Source: a bacterium
GTDB taxonomy: Bacteria; Patescibacteriota; Minisyncoccia; Phycocordibacterales; Phycocordibacteraceae
Direction of reading: 5' to 3'
NCBI GenBank assembly: GCA_021784875.1
Contig: JAJYHF010000019.1
Span: forward strand, 1 to 39,257
DNA length: 39,257 bases
The notes beneath the pieces are model-generated. The model had not been told where the DNA came from. It worked only from the letters and a program-made list of their open reading frames with translations, and did no database searches. The position numbers were made by a program, and so were the translations under genes. Shown piece by piece: positions 1-8,878 of this stretch; the stretch's first letter is position 1; every line of letters begins with the position of its first letter.

Positions 1-8
1 CGAAATAT

Positions 9-17
9 TGCTAGAGT
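9..17 (+). promoter_or_regulatory. extended -10 box TGcTAGAGT, 8 nt upstream of the rnr ATG (leaderless-type promoter)
   Basis: TG at 9-10, TAGAGT at 12-17, ATG at 26. No usable SD spacing. The same architecture recurs across the window. The -35 region falls off the window edge. Confidence 0.4.
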
Positions 18-25
18 GCAGGTAA

Positions 26-1984
26 ATGGAAGGAAGGACGGTCTACGAGGGCCCTATCGCGATGACCCGTAAAGGGTTCGGTTTCTTCAAGCTTGGCGAC
101 GACCAGGAAGACCTTCTCATCCCGCCTGAAAGAACCCGCCACGCGCTCTCGGGCGATATTGTGAAGGTCGCACCGGCCGGCCTGTACCGGGACCCAGCCG
201 GCCGGATGCCGCCGCGTGCCTCGGGAGAGGTCGTCGAGATCGTCTCGCGCGCGCGGGAGACCTTCGTCGGCACGCTTGTCGAAGAAGATGGCCATATCCT
301 CCTCGCGCCGGACTACAAGAAGATGCATGTGCCGCTCGTCATTGCCGACCGCGGCAGTACACCGCTCGGCTCCAAGGTCCTCGTGCGGATGACCGGCTGG
401 GACGAGGGCAAGGAATACCCGCGTGGCGTCATCAAGGAGATTATCGGCAAGGCCGGCGAGCACGACGTCGAGATGCGTGCGCTCGCGCTCGGCCAGGGGT
501 TCTCGCCCGTCTTTCCTCCCGGCGTCGAGAAGGAGGCCGCGCAGCTACGTGAGCACGGCCGCACGCTCATAGCCGAGGAGGCCGCGAGAGTCGGCAACGG
601 CTCGCCGAGGCGCGACTTCCGCTCTGCGCCGACCTGTACCATCGACCCGAAAGACGCGAAAGATTTCGACGATGCACTCTCGCTCAAGAAGAACGGCGAC
701 GGGACCTTCGAAGTCGGCGTGCATATCGCCGACGTCTCCTTCTTCGTACGGCCGGGGGGTGCGCTCGATGACGAGGCCCGCGAGCGTGCGACCAGCGTCT
801 ACCTCGTCGACCGCACCATCCCGATGCTCCCCGAGATCCTCTCGACCGATCTCTGCTCGCTCAACCCCGACCAGGACCGTCTCGCTGTCTCAGCCGTCTT
901 CAGGCTCGATGCGGACGCGAACGTCCTCGACTCGTGGTTCGGCGAGACCCTCATCCACAGCGACCGCCGCTACACCTATGAAGACGCCCAGCAGACGCTC
1001 GACGAGGGCGCGGGCGACCTCCATGACGAGCTCGCCGCACTCCTCGCGCTCTCGCGGAAGATCCGTGCACGCCGGCAAGCGAAGGGCGCAGTCGAGTTCG
1101 ACACGCCGGAGGTCAAGGTCGAGCTGGACAGCACCGGCAAGCCGATCGCCGTCCATCTCAAGGAGCGTAAGGCGACCAATCTTATGATCGAAGACTTCAT
1201 GCTCCTCGCCAACGAAGCGGTCGCCAAGCATTTGGCCGATCTCACGAAGAACGGCGGTCCGCACTTCCAGTCGCTCTACCGCATCCATGACGAACCGGAC
1301 CAGGACCGCATCGAGAACCTTTCGAACCTCCTGCGCGTCATGGGCTACCATCTGAAGATCGCTGGCGACGGAAAAGTCTCGGGCACGGAACTCAACCGCC
1401 TTCTCGAGGAGGTGAAGGGCAAGCCGGAGGAATATCTTGTGAAGACGGCAACCCTCCGCTCGATGAGCAAAGCCTCCTATGCGACGAAGAACATCGGCCA
1501 CTTCGGTCTCGCCTTCGACTATTACACCCACTTCACCTCCCCCATCCGCCGCTATCCCGACCTCGTCATCCACCGGCTCGTGAAGGCGCACGCGGGCGGC
1601 GATCCGATCGCGCCGGAGGAGATGGCGGACTTCGACCGGATCGCCCTCCACGCCTCCGAGCGCGAGGTCGCGGCGGCCGACGCCGAACGCGACTCGGTCA
1701 AGATGAAGCAGGTCGAGTTCCTCGCTCCGCGCGTGGGCGAGACCTTTGACGCCGTCATCTCGGGCGTCACCGACCGCGGCCTCTATGTGGAAGAAAAAGA
1801 GACCCATGCCGATGGCATGATCCTCATCAGGAACGTCGGGGACGATTATTTCGAATACGATGAGAAGCACTATCGCCTCGTCGGCCGCCGCACGCACAAG
1901 GCGTACCGCCTTGGCGACCCGATCAAGGTAAAGCTGGTAGCGGCGCGAGTGCCAGAAAAGGAACTCGATTTCGTTCCTGCTTAA
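26..1984 (+). CDS. rnr: ribonuclease R (RNB-family 3'-5' exoribonuclease)
   Basis: 652-aa ORF. RNB core motifs IDPKDAKDFDDALSL and SVYLVDRTIPMLPE. C-terminal S1-like segment GETFDAVISGVTDRGLYVEE. Confidence 0.9.
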   Translation: MEGRTVYEGPIAMTRKGFGFFKLGDDQEDLLIPPERTRHALSGDIVKVAPAGLYRDPAGRMPPRASGEVVEIVSRARETFVGTLVEEDGHILLAPDYKKMHVPLVIADRGSTPLGSKVLVRMTGWDEGKEYPRGVIKEIIGKAGEHDVEMRALALGQGFSPVFPPGVEKEAAQLREHGRTLIAEEAARVGNGSPRRDFRSAPTCTIDPKDAKDFDDALSLKKNGDGTFEVGVHIADVSFFVRPGGALDDEARERATSVYLVDRTIPMLPEILSTDLCSLNPDQDRLAVSAVFRLDADANVLDSWFGETLIHSDRRYTYEDAQQTLDEGAGDLHDELAALLALSRKIRARRQAKGAVEFDTPEVKVELDSTGKPIAVHLKERKATNLMIEDFMLLANEAVAKHLADLTKNGGPHFQSLYRIHDEPDQDRIENLSNLLRVMGYHLKIAGDGKVSGTELNRLLEEVKGKPEEYLVKTATLRSMSKASYATKNIGHFGLAFDYYTHFTSPIRRYPDLVIHRLVKAHAGGDPIAPEEMADFDRIALHASEREVAAADAERDSVKMKQVEFLAPRVGETFDAVISGVTDRGLYVEEKETHADGMILIRNVGDDYFEYDEKHYRLVGRRTHKAYRLGDPIKVKLVAARVPEKELDFVPA

Positions 1985-1990
1985 AAACGA

Positions 1991-3154
<1,164 letters not shown>

Positions 3155-3207
3155 ACTCGCCTACTGTACGCCTCCCGAGCCGCTTCGAAAAGTGTTATCT
3201 TTGAGTG

Positions 3208-3483
3208 ATGGAAAGTGCCCCGAAGAGAGAAGAACCAAGTCTCGAACAAGGAGTCCTTTTGGCGTTGGATGCGATTCAAAGTGCCGTGTCTCAAGCCTCG
3301 CTGCAGCTCTTTTACGACAACACGGAGAAAGCGGATTATTTACTCCAGATCGCCGAGGATTCCTTCCCGCACCAAGAGAAAATCATCGAAGAAAACAATC
3401 TGGAATCCTTCAAAGAAGGCGCAAACAAGTTGAAGGAATGGATCGAGAAACTCCGGCAGCAATTAGAGGACAAGAAAAGATAA
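3208..3483 (+). CDS. small hypothetical protein (acidic, helical/coiled-coil-like), lower G+C than flanks
   Basis: ORF track 3205..3483. The ATG at 3208 is preceded by TGtTATCTT (3193-3201) with a 6-nt spacer. I recognise no family. Confidence 0.4.
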   Translation: MESAPKREEPSLEQGVLLALDAIQSAVSQASLQLFYDNTEKADYLLQIAEDSFPHQEKIIEENNLESFKEGANKLKEWIEKLRQQLEDKKR

Positions 3484-3523
3484 GCATACGCGCGCACCGC
3501 CGCGAATCCAAAAAGCGACCAGC

Positions 3524-4417
3524 CTATCGCACGAGCGCGTCGAGCACTTTTATACCCTTATTCAAGAAGTGTCGGTTGGAGAATATGCTGACGACAGAGA
3601 ACGCCGTGACCATAAGAAGCGCACCGATAACGCTCAGCCTCGTGGTCGCCTCCGCGAAGAAGACCCAGGAGGTGATGCCGCCGACGAGCGGTTCGACGAC
3701 GCCGTCATACACGGCCGAGGTCATCTCATCGGCCCAGCGGCTCGCCCACTGGACGAGCGCGTACGGCACGATGACGAAGAACAGCACCTGCAACAAAACG
3801 TCACCGACCATGAAGGAAGGCACGCGTAAACTCTCGCCGAAGAAGAGCACGACGAGGCCTGAGAGCAGCGTCGTGACGAAGAACTGCTGCACCAGCAAGA
3901 CGATCGCGTGGCTGTTCCGTTCGCCCTCGAACCGCTCCGAATAAAGGAAGTACAGCGCCATCGCAACGGCGGAGACGAGGAGCATCAGTTGCCCGAAGCC
4001 GAACCCGTGCACGCCGCCGACGAGCAGGTACATGCCGGCGATCGCCAAGAGGAGAGCGACATTGTTCTTCAGCGATACCTTGTCCCGGAACAAGAGCCAC
4101 CCGCCGTACGGGATGAGCAGCATGCCAAGATTGGAGATGAAGACCGTATCCGCCGACGAGCTGAACCGCAGACCGAGCATCTGGAAGATCTCGACGCCCG
4201 CGAGGAGCACGCCCAAGGTCATCCCTTCCCGGAGGCGATAGAAGAGACGCGACTTCCGATAGAATGCGATACCCAGGAACACGAGCCCCGCGATAGCGAA
4301 ATTCCAGAACGTGAGCGTGAAGGGGCTGATGACGTCGAGCAGCGTCTTCTGGAAGGCGAAGCTCGAGCCCCAGAGCAGCGCGACTATGAAGAAGGAGAAT
4401 TTGGACCAGTTTTTCAT
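3524..4417 (-). CDS. EamA/DMT-family transporter
   Basis: 297-aa polytopic membrane ORF with a two-repeat hydrophobic layout typical of EamA proteins. It starts 5 nt after the smc stop. Confidence 0.7.
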   Translation of the reverse strand: MKNWSKFSFFIVALLWGSSFAFQKTLLDVISPFTLTFWNFAIAGLVFLGIAFYRKSRLFYRLREGMTLGVLLAGVEIFQMLGLRFSSSADTVFISNLGMLLIPYGGWLLFRDKVSLKNNVALLLAIAGMYLLVGGVHGFGFGQLMLLVSAVAMALYFLYSERFEGERNSHAIVLLVQQFFVTTLLSGLVVLFFGESLRVPSFMVGDVLLQVLFFVIVPYALVQWASRWADEMTSAVYDGVVEPLVGGITSWVFFAEATTRLSVIGALLMVTAFSVVSIFSNRHFLNKGIKVLDALVR

Positions 4418-4422
4418 CGCGG

Positions 4423-6621
4423 TTACTTCGCCACCTGGACGGCCTCTTCAAATTTGACGGAGAGGAGCTTGGAGATGCCGTCCTGGCTCATGGTGACGCC
4501 GTAGAGGACGCCGGCGCGGGTCATCGTCTCGCGGTTGTGGGTGATGACGATGAGCTGCGACCGCTGCGCGAGGTTGTCGATCATGTCGCCATAGCGGCGG
4601 CTGTTTGCCTCGTCGAGCGCGGCGTCGGTCTCGTCCAGTATCAAAAACGGAGGCGGATTGACCTGCGACATAGCGAAGATGAGTGCAATCGAGGTGAGCG
4701 CGCGCTCGCCGCCCGAGAGCTGCATCAGCGAGCGGACTTTTTTGCGCGGCAGGTTGACTGCGATCTCGATGCCGGCGCGCTGCTTCTCCCCCGGTAGATC
4801 TTCTTGCTCTTCGTCTTCCGCCTCCTCAGAGTCTTCGAGTTCTTCAAGCGCGAGTCGCGCCGAGCCGCCGCCGAACATGAGCGCAAAGTATTCGCCGAAG
4901 GAGGCGTTCACGAGCGCGAGGCCGTCGGAGAAGTGTCTCGCGAGCTCCGTATCGAGATCCTCGATGAGCGCTTTGAGCCCTGCCGCGGACTTCGCGAGAT
5001 CCTCGAGCTCGCCGGCGAGGAACGCCTCGCGCTCGCTCGCCTCCTTGTATTCGGCACGGATGTCTTCGCCGCTTCCGCCCGCTTCCTCGAGGCGGATCTT
5101 CATGCGCTCGAGCGCGCGGCGGCGATCCTCCTGCGCGGCGCGCGGCTCCTCAGGCGCCTCTGCGAGCGGCTCATAGGAGACGGCCGCCATGCCCGCGAGG
5201 GCGCCCGTCTCGGCCTTGTCACGATCGAGTGTCTCGGCGAGGAGGACGAGCTCGCGCTCGCGACCTCCGGCACGCGCCACAGCACCCTCTTCGCGTGCTT
5301 TCTCCTCAGCGAGCCCGAGGATGCGGCGGCGCTGCTCGCGGCCCGTCTCGTCGTGCGCGACGAGTGCTTCGCGGGCGCGCGCGAGCGCAGACTTCGCCTT
5401 CTCGTGTTCTTCAGCGAGCGCCGTGTCCTTGGCGAGAAGCTCCTTCCGCTCCTCTTCGAGCGCGTAGGTGGCGCGGTCCTCTTCACCGAGGTAGTCGCTC
5501 TCGGCGGGAGCAAAACGGTCGACGAACGCGCGAACCGCCTTCCCAATCGCGGCGAGCGCCGCCTGGAGCGTATCAGTCGCATGCGCTTCCGCCACCTGAT
5601 TCTCGACTTCGCTCGCGAGCGCGCTCAGGTCCTCGCGCGGCACCTTCACATAGGGCTCCTTCGCGACCCGCTCGCTCGCCGCCCTCGCGGCAGCGAGCGA
5701 CCCCTCGACCCGCCCGAGCTCGCGCGCAAGATCGGCGCGCGCGGCAGAAGCGTGCTCGAGCGCCCGCTCGGCAGCGCGCACTCGGCCGAGACGCTCCACG
5801 CCTTCGGCGTCAGAGGTCGCGCCCTCTTCGATCGTGGCGAGGCTCGCGGAAACTGCCGCGAGGCGCTCGGCCGCCTGCCGCTTCTCCTCGGCGACCCGTT
5901 CGCGCTCGCGCGCGAGATACGCGTCCTCGATGGCGAAGCAGGTTTGTGCCGCGCTGACGAGCTCGGAGCGCAGCGCCGCCGCCCGCTCGAGCCTCTCCAC
6001 CTGACCTTCGAGGAAGCGCAGATGCGGCGCGAGCTCGCGCCGGAGCGAATTGACCTGCGCGATGTTCTCCTCCGTCTTCTCGAGCTTGCGCTCCGCCTCG
6101 ACCTTCTTGAACTCGTAGACCTTGAGCCCGAGCGCGTCCTCGAGCATCGAGCGGCGCTCGCGCGCGGAGGCGAGCAGGATCCGGTCCGCCTCGCCCTGCG
6201 AGATGATGTGGTGCCCCGTCTCGCCGATGTTCGCGCCCGCGAGGAGTTCAGCGACGTCCTTCAGGCGCACGCGCGAACCGTTGATCGAATATTCGCTCGT
6301 CCCGTCGCGCAGGACGGCGCGCTCGATGGTTACCTCATCGAAGTCGATCTTGAACTGCCGCTTCCGGTTGTCGAAGACGATGGCGACCGCCGCGCGGCCC
6401 GCGCGCGGCGCACTGTGCGACCCGTTGAAGATGAGGTCCTCAGCACGCTTGCCGCGCATGCTCTTCATCGACTGCTCGCCGAGCGCGAAGCGGAACGCCT
6501 CGGCGACGTTCGACTTCCCCGATCCGTTCGGCCCCACGATAGCCGTCGTCGCGCTCGAGAAGTCGAGCACGGTCTTTTTTGCAAAGGATTTAAACCCGAC
6601 GATCTCCAGGCGCTTCAGCAT
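4423..6621 (-). CDS. smc: SMC-like chromosome segregation ATPase, short form without recognisable hinge
   Basis: Walker A GPNGSGKSN at the N-terminus. LSGGE signature and Walker B FLILDETDAALD at the C-terminus. About 400 aa of Ala/Glu/Arg-rich coiled coil lies between. Located downstream of rnc, as in many bacteria. Confidence 0.75.
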   Translation of the reverse strand: MLKRLEIVGFKSFAKKTVLDFSSATTAIVGPNGSGKSNVAEAFRFALGEQSMKSMRGKRAEDLIFNGSHSAPRAGRAAVAIVFDNRKRQFKIDFDEVTIERAVLRDGTSEYSINGSRVRLKDVAELLAGANIGETGHHIISQGEADRILLASARERRSMLEDALGLKVYEFKKVEAERKLEKTEENIAQVNSLRRELAPHLRFLEGQVERLERAAALRSELVSAAQTCFAIEDAYLARERERVAEEKRQAAERLAAVSASLATIEEGATSDAEGVERLGRVRAAERALEHASAARADLARELGRVEGSLAAARAASERVAKEPYVKVPREDLSALASEVENQVAEAHATDTLQAALAAIGKAVRAFVDRFAPAESDYLGEEDRATYALEEERKELLAKDTALAEEHEKAKSALARAREALVAHDETGREQRRRILGLAEEKAREEGAVARAGGRERELVLLAETLDRDKAETGALAGMAAVSYEPLAEAPEEPRAAQEDRRRALERMKIRLEEAGGSGEDIRAEYKEASEREAFLAGELEDLAKSAAGLKALIEDLDTELARHFSDGLALVNASFGEYFALMFGGGSARLALEELEDSEEAEDEEQEDLPGEKQRAGIEIAVNLPRKKVRSLMQLSGGERALTSIALIFAMSQVNPPPFLILDETDAALDEANSRRYGDMIDNLAQRSQLIVITHNRETMTRAGVLYGVTMSQDGISKLLSVKFEEAVQVAK

Positions 6622-6645
6622 TGTTGAATTATTGTACCAAACGAT

Positions 6646-7335
6646 TTACCAACCCATCTTGTCTAATGCTGCCTGGGCGGCTGATTGTTCGGCTTCTTGT
6701 TTTGACTTGCCCTCGCCGCGGGCGACTTCGTCGCCATTGAGGAAGACGCCGACGGTGAAGCGCTTGTCGTGGTCGGGGCCGACTTCCTCGAGCGTCTCGT
6801 AGCGCGGCGTGATGCCCCGCTTCTCCTGCGCGGCCTCTTGGAAGCGGCTCTTGGGGTCGCGGTAGGACTGCTTCTCGATGACCTCGTCGATCTTACGGTA
6901 GAGCTGCCCGGCGATGAAGGCCTCGGCGGCCGCGTAGCCCTGGTCGAGATAGATCGCGCCGATGACCGCCTCGAACGCGTCCGCGAGAATCACATCGCGC
7001 GCGCGGCCGGTGTCGCGCGCCTCGCCCTTCGAGAGGAGGAGATAATCGCTCGTGCCGAGCGCGGCGGCGCTCTCGGCGAGCGAGACGGTGTTGACGAGTG
7101 CAGCGCGATAGGCGGTAAGCTCGCCTTCAGGCTTTGCTGGGAATTTCTTGAAGAGGAAGTCGGTCGCGGCGAGCTCGAGCACCGCGTCGCCGAGGAACTC
7201 GAGCCGCTCGTTGTGCGCGCCCGCGTACTCGCGATGCTCGTTCAGATAGGAACGGTGCGTCAACGCCTCGACGAGGAGGTCGGGATTATGAAAGACGATG
7301 CCGAGCTCCGCGGCGAACGCAGCAAAATCAGGCAT
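6646..7335 (-). CDS. rnc: ribonuclease III
   Basis: HRSYLNE...NERLEFLGDAVLE signature plus a C-terminal dsRBD (DPKSRFQE...GEGKSKQEAEQSAAQAAL). Start chosen at MPDFAAF (cat at 7333-7335). Overlaps the nusB-nudix stop by 8 nt. Confidence 0.9.
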   Translation of the reverse strand: MPDFAAFAAELGIVFHNPDLLVEALTHRSYLNEHREYAGAHNERLEFLGDAVLELAATDFLFKKFPAKPEGELTAYRAALVNTVSLAESAAALGTSDYLLLSKGEARDTGRARDVILADAFEAVIGAIYLDQGYAAAEAFIAGQLYRKIDEVIEKQSYRDPKSRFQEAAQEKRGITPRYETLEEVGPDHDKRFTVGVFLNGDEVARGEGKSKQEAEQSAAQAALDKMGW

Positions 7336-8272
7336 GGACTGCAGCACGGGCGCGCTCACCGCTCGCGCGATCGAGGAGCTTCTGGACGGCCGCCGTGACG
7401 ATGGGGAGCATGTCGTCATAGAAGTTAAGGTCGATGATGTCCTGGAGGCGGAACCACTTCGCATCATCGAGGCCGCCCTTCCCTTTCTGCAGCTCGAGCG
7501 GCTCGAACGCGGAACGGGCGAGGAAGTAGGTCACGCGCTTGCGGTACTTACCCTTCTCCGGGTGGGAAGCGACGTACTCGTTCTCGCCGATCTTCTCCTC
7601 GACCGTAATGTCGAGGCCGATCTCTTCCTTGATCTCGCGCGCAGTCCCCTCCTCGGCCGTCTCGTCCTTGATGCTCGGGTCATCGCCGATCTTCCCCTTC
7701 GAGAGAGTCCAATGGCCGAAGACATCATGCACGAGCGCGAGGTAATACTGGCCGTCGTGCTTGGCATAGACGACCGCGCCACCGAGCTGCTGGAGCGGGA
7801 TATCCTCGTAACGGTGCTTCGCTTTCTTCCCGCCGTGCTCGTCCTTACCCGGTTCGCCGAGCTCCTTATAGACGGCACCGAGCACGCCGTTGACGAAGCG
7901 ACCGGACGACTCGCCACTGAAGGTCTTGGCAAGCTCGATGGCCTCATTGATAGCGACTTTGGCAGGCACCTGCGTACGGTCGGCGAAGAGGAGCTCGTAA
8001 AGCCCCATACGAAGGATGTTGCGATCGACCGGCGCGATGCGCTCGAGCGACCAGTCGGGAGCCGCCTTCTCGATGATGCGGTCGATATCGGGACGCTTCG
8101 CGAGCACGCCCGCGAGGAGGTTCTCCATGAACGGGCGGTCGACATCGTCGCCGCCGAACTCAGCCATGTTGCGCGCAAGAATGGCGGAGGCCTCGGACTC
8201 CGCCGCGTGGGAAGAATCCCACTCGAAGAGCGTCTGGAGGACGACGGAACGTGCGAGATGTCGGTTCGCCAT
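7328..8272 (-). CDS. nusB: NusB antitermination factor fused to a C-terminal Nudix hydrolase domain
   Basis: The N-terminal ~145 aa are NusB-like (RSVVLQTLFEWD...RIAPVDRNILRMGLYELLF...VAINEAIELAK...FVNGVLG). The C-terminal half carries the Nudix box E-x7-REIKEEIGL. Confidence 0.75.
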   Translation of the reverse strand: MANRHLARSVVLQTLFEWDSSHAAESEASAILARNMAEFGGDDVDRPFMENLLAGVLAKRPDIDRIIEKAAPDWSLERIAPVDRNILRMGLYELLFADRTQVPAKVAINEAIELAKTFSGESSGRFVNGVLGAVYKELGEPGKDEHGGKKAKHRYEDIPLQQLGGAVVYAKHDGQYYLALVHDVFGHWTLSKGKIGDDPSIKDETAEEGTAREIKEEIGLDITVEEKIGENEYVASHPEKGKYRKRVTYFLARSAFEPLELQKGKGGLDDAKWFRLQDIIDLNFYDDMLPIVTAAVQKLLDRASGERARAAVHA

Positions 8273-8305
8273 GGAAAGATCGCGTGCTCGCAGTATAGCA
8301 GAAAC

Positions 8306-8329
8306 CGCGGCCGCGCAAGCGCGGCCGCG
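8306..8329 (-). terminator. GC-rich hairpin downstream of rpmF (possible terminator)
   Basis: CGCGGCCGCGC-AA-GCGCGGCCGCG palindrome. On the minus strand it is followed by GTTTCTGC and then by TGcTATACT upstream of nusB. The U-tract is poor. Confidence 0.35.
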
Positions 8330-8353
8330 TGCATTACTTCGTACTCTCCCCGA

Positions 8354-8725
8354 TTACGCCCCGCCGCCGAAGCCGCTCCTTGCCTTCGGCCGGCCGCCCG
8401 TCGCCTCTGCCTTGACGCCCTTGGAGCCTTTCACCTCGGCGTTCTGGTGTGCCTCGTGCGCGTGCTCGTGCATATGCTCGTGAGCATGCTTCTCAGCGAT
8501 CGGCTCCGTATCGGGACCCTTCTTGCTCCCGCCCGGGAGCACGATCTTCTTAGCCTTCGGCGCTGCGATCTGCTTGCTGCGGTACATGCCGGTCGTCTCG
8601 TCGAGGCGATGAGGCAGCCGGAGCGCGCCGCTCGTCGCATCCTTGACGATGGTCGTGCTCTCAAGCGCGTGGTGCGACCGGCGGTTGCCGGTGTGACCCT
8701 TGGTATGGCGCATGCGTACTGACAT
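8354..8725 (-). CDS. rpmF: ribosomal protein L32 with a long C-terminal extension (His-rich)
   Basis: N-terminus MSVRMRHTKGHTGNRRSHHAL...LPHRLDETTGMYRSKQI resembles bL32. No cysteines. The tail contains EKHAHEHMHEHAHEAH. TGcTAGGGT lies 6 nt upstream of the ATG. Confidence 0.65.
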   Translation of the reverse strand: MSVRMRHTKGHTGNRRSHHALESTTIVKDATSGALRLPHRLDETTGMYRSKQIAAPKAKKIVLPGGSKKGPDTEPIAEKHAHEHMHEHAHEAHQNAEVKGSKGVKAEATGGRPKARSGFGGGA

Positions 8726-8784
8726 GGGGCTACCCTAGCACGCGCCCGGATAAAAATCAAAGGCGGGAACTCCGGAACGAAGTA

Positions 8785-8793
8785 TGCTATAGT
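8785..8793 (+). promoter_or_regulatory. extended -10 box TGcTATAGT, 8 nt upstream of the tRNA-Val mature 5' end
   Basis: TG at 8785-8786, TATAGT at 8788-8793, tRNA position 1 at 8802. Confidence 0.45.
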
Positions 8794-8801
8794 CTCCTCA
8801 C

Positions 8802-8877
8802 GCGCGGTTAGCTCAGTTGGTAGAGCACTTCCTTGACGTGGATGGGGTCAGGGGTTCGAGTCCCTTACCGCGCACCA
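8802..8877 (+). tRNA. tRNA-Val (anticodon GAC), CCA encoded
   Basis: Manual cloverleaf: GCGCGGT/ACCGCGC acceptor, GCTC-AGTTGGTA-GAGC D arm, anticodon loop TTGACGT, AGGGG-TTCGAGT-CCCTT T arm, then A-CCA. One U-U mismatch in the anticodon stem. Confidence 0.9.
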
Positions 8878-8878
8878 G

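Noticed and set aside
4423-6621. Periodic GAG/GCG/CGC-rich DNA in the smc coiled-coil region, examined as a possible repeat array or CRISPR
   Set aside because: There are no exact direct repeats separated by unique spacers. The periodicity reflects Ala/Glu/Arg codon bias in a coiled coil. No CRISPR-like array was seen anywhere in the window.
4804-6627. 607-aa ORF on the plus strand, antisense to smc
   Set aside because: Arg/Ala/Leu/Glu-rich translation with no recognisable motifs. It lies entirely opposite a gene with clear SMC head motifs. Long stop-free antisense frames are expected in high-G+C DNA.
8306-8329. GC palindrome containing two GCGGCCGC units, considered as a REP-like or mobile repeat
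   Set aside because: It occurs once in the window at a position expected for a terminator or insulator between rpmF and nusB. No other copy was seen.
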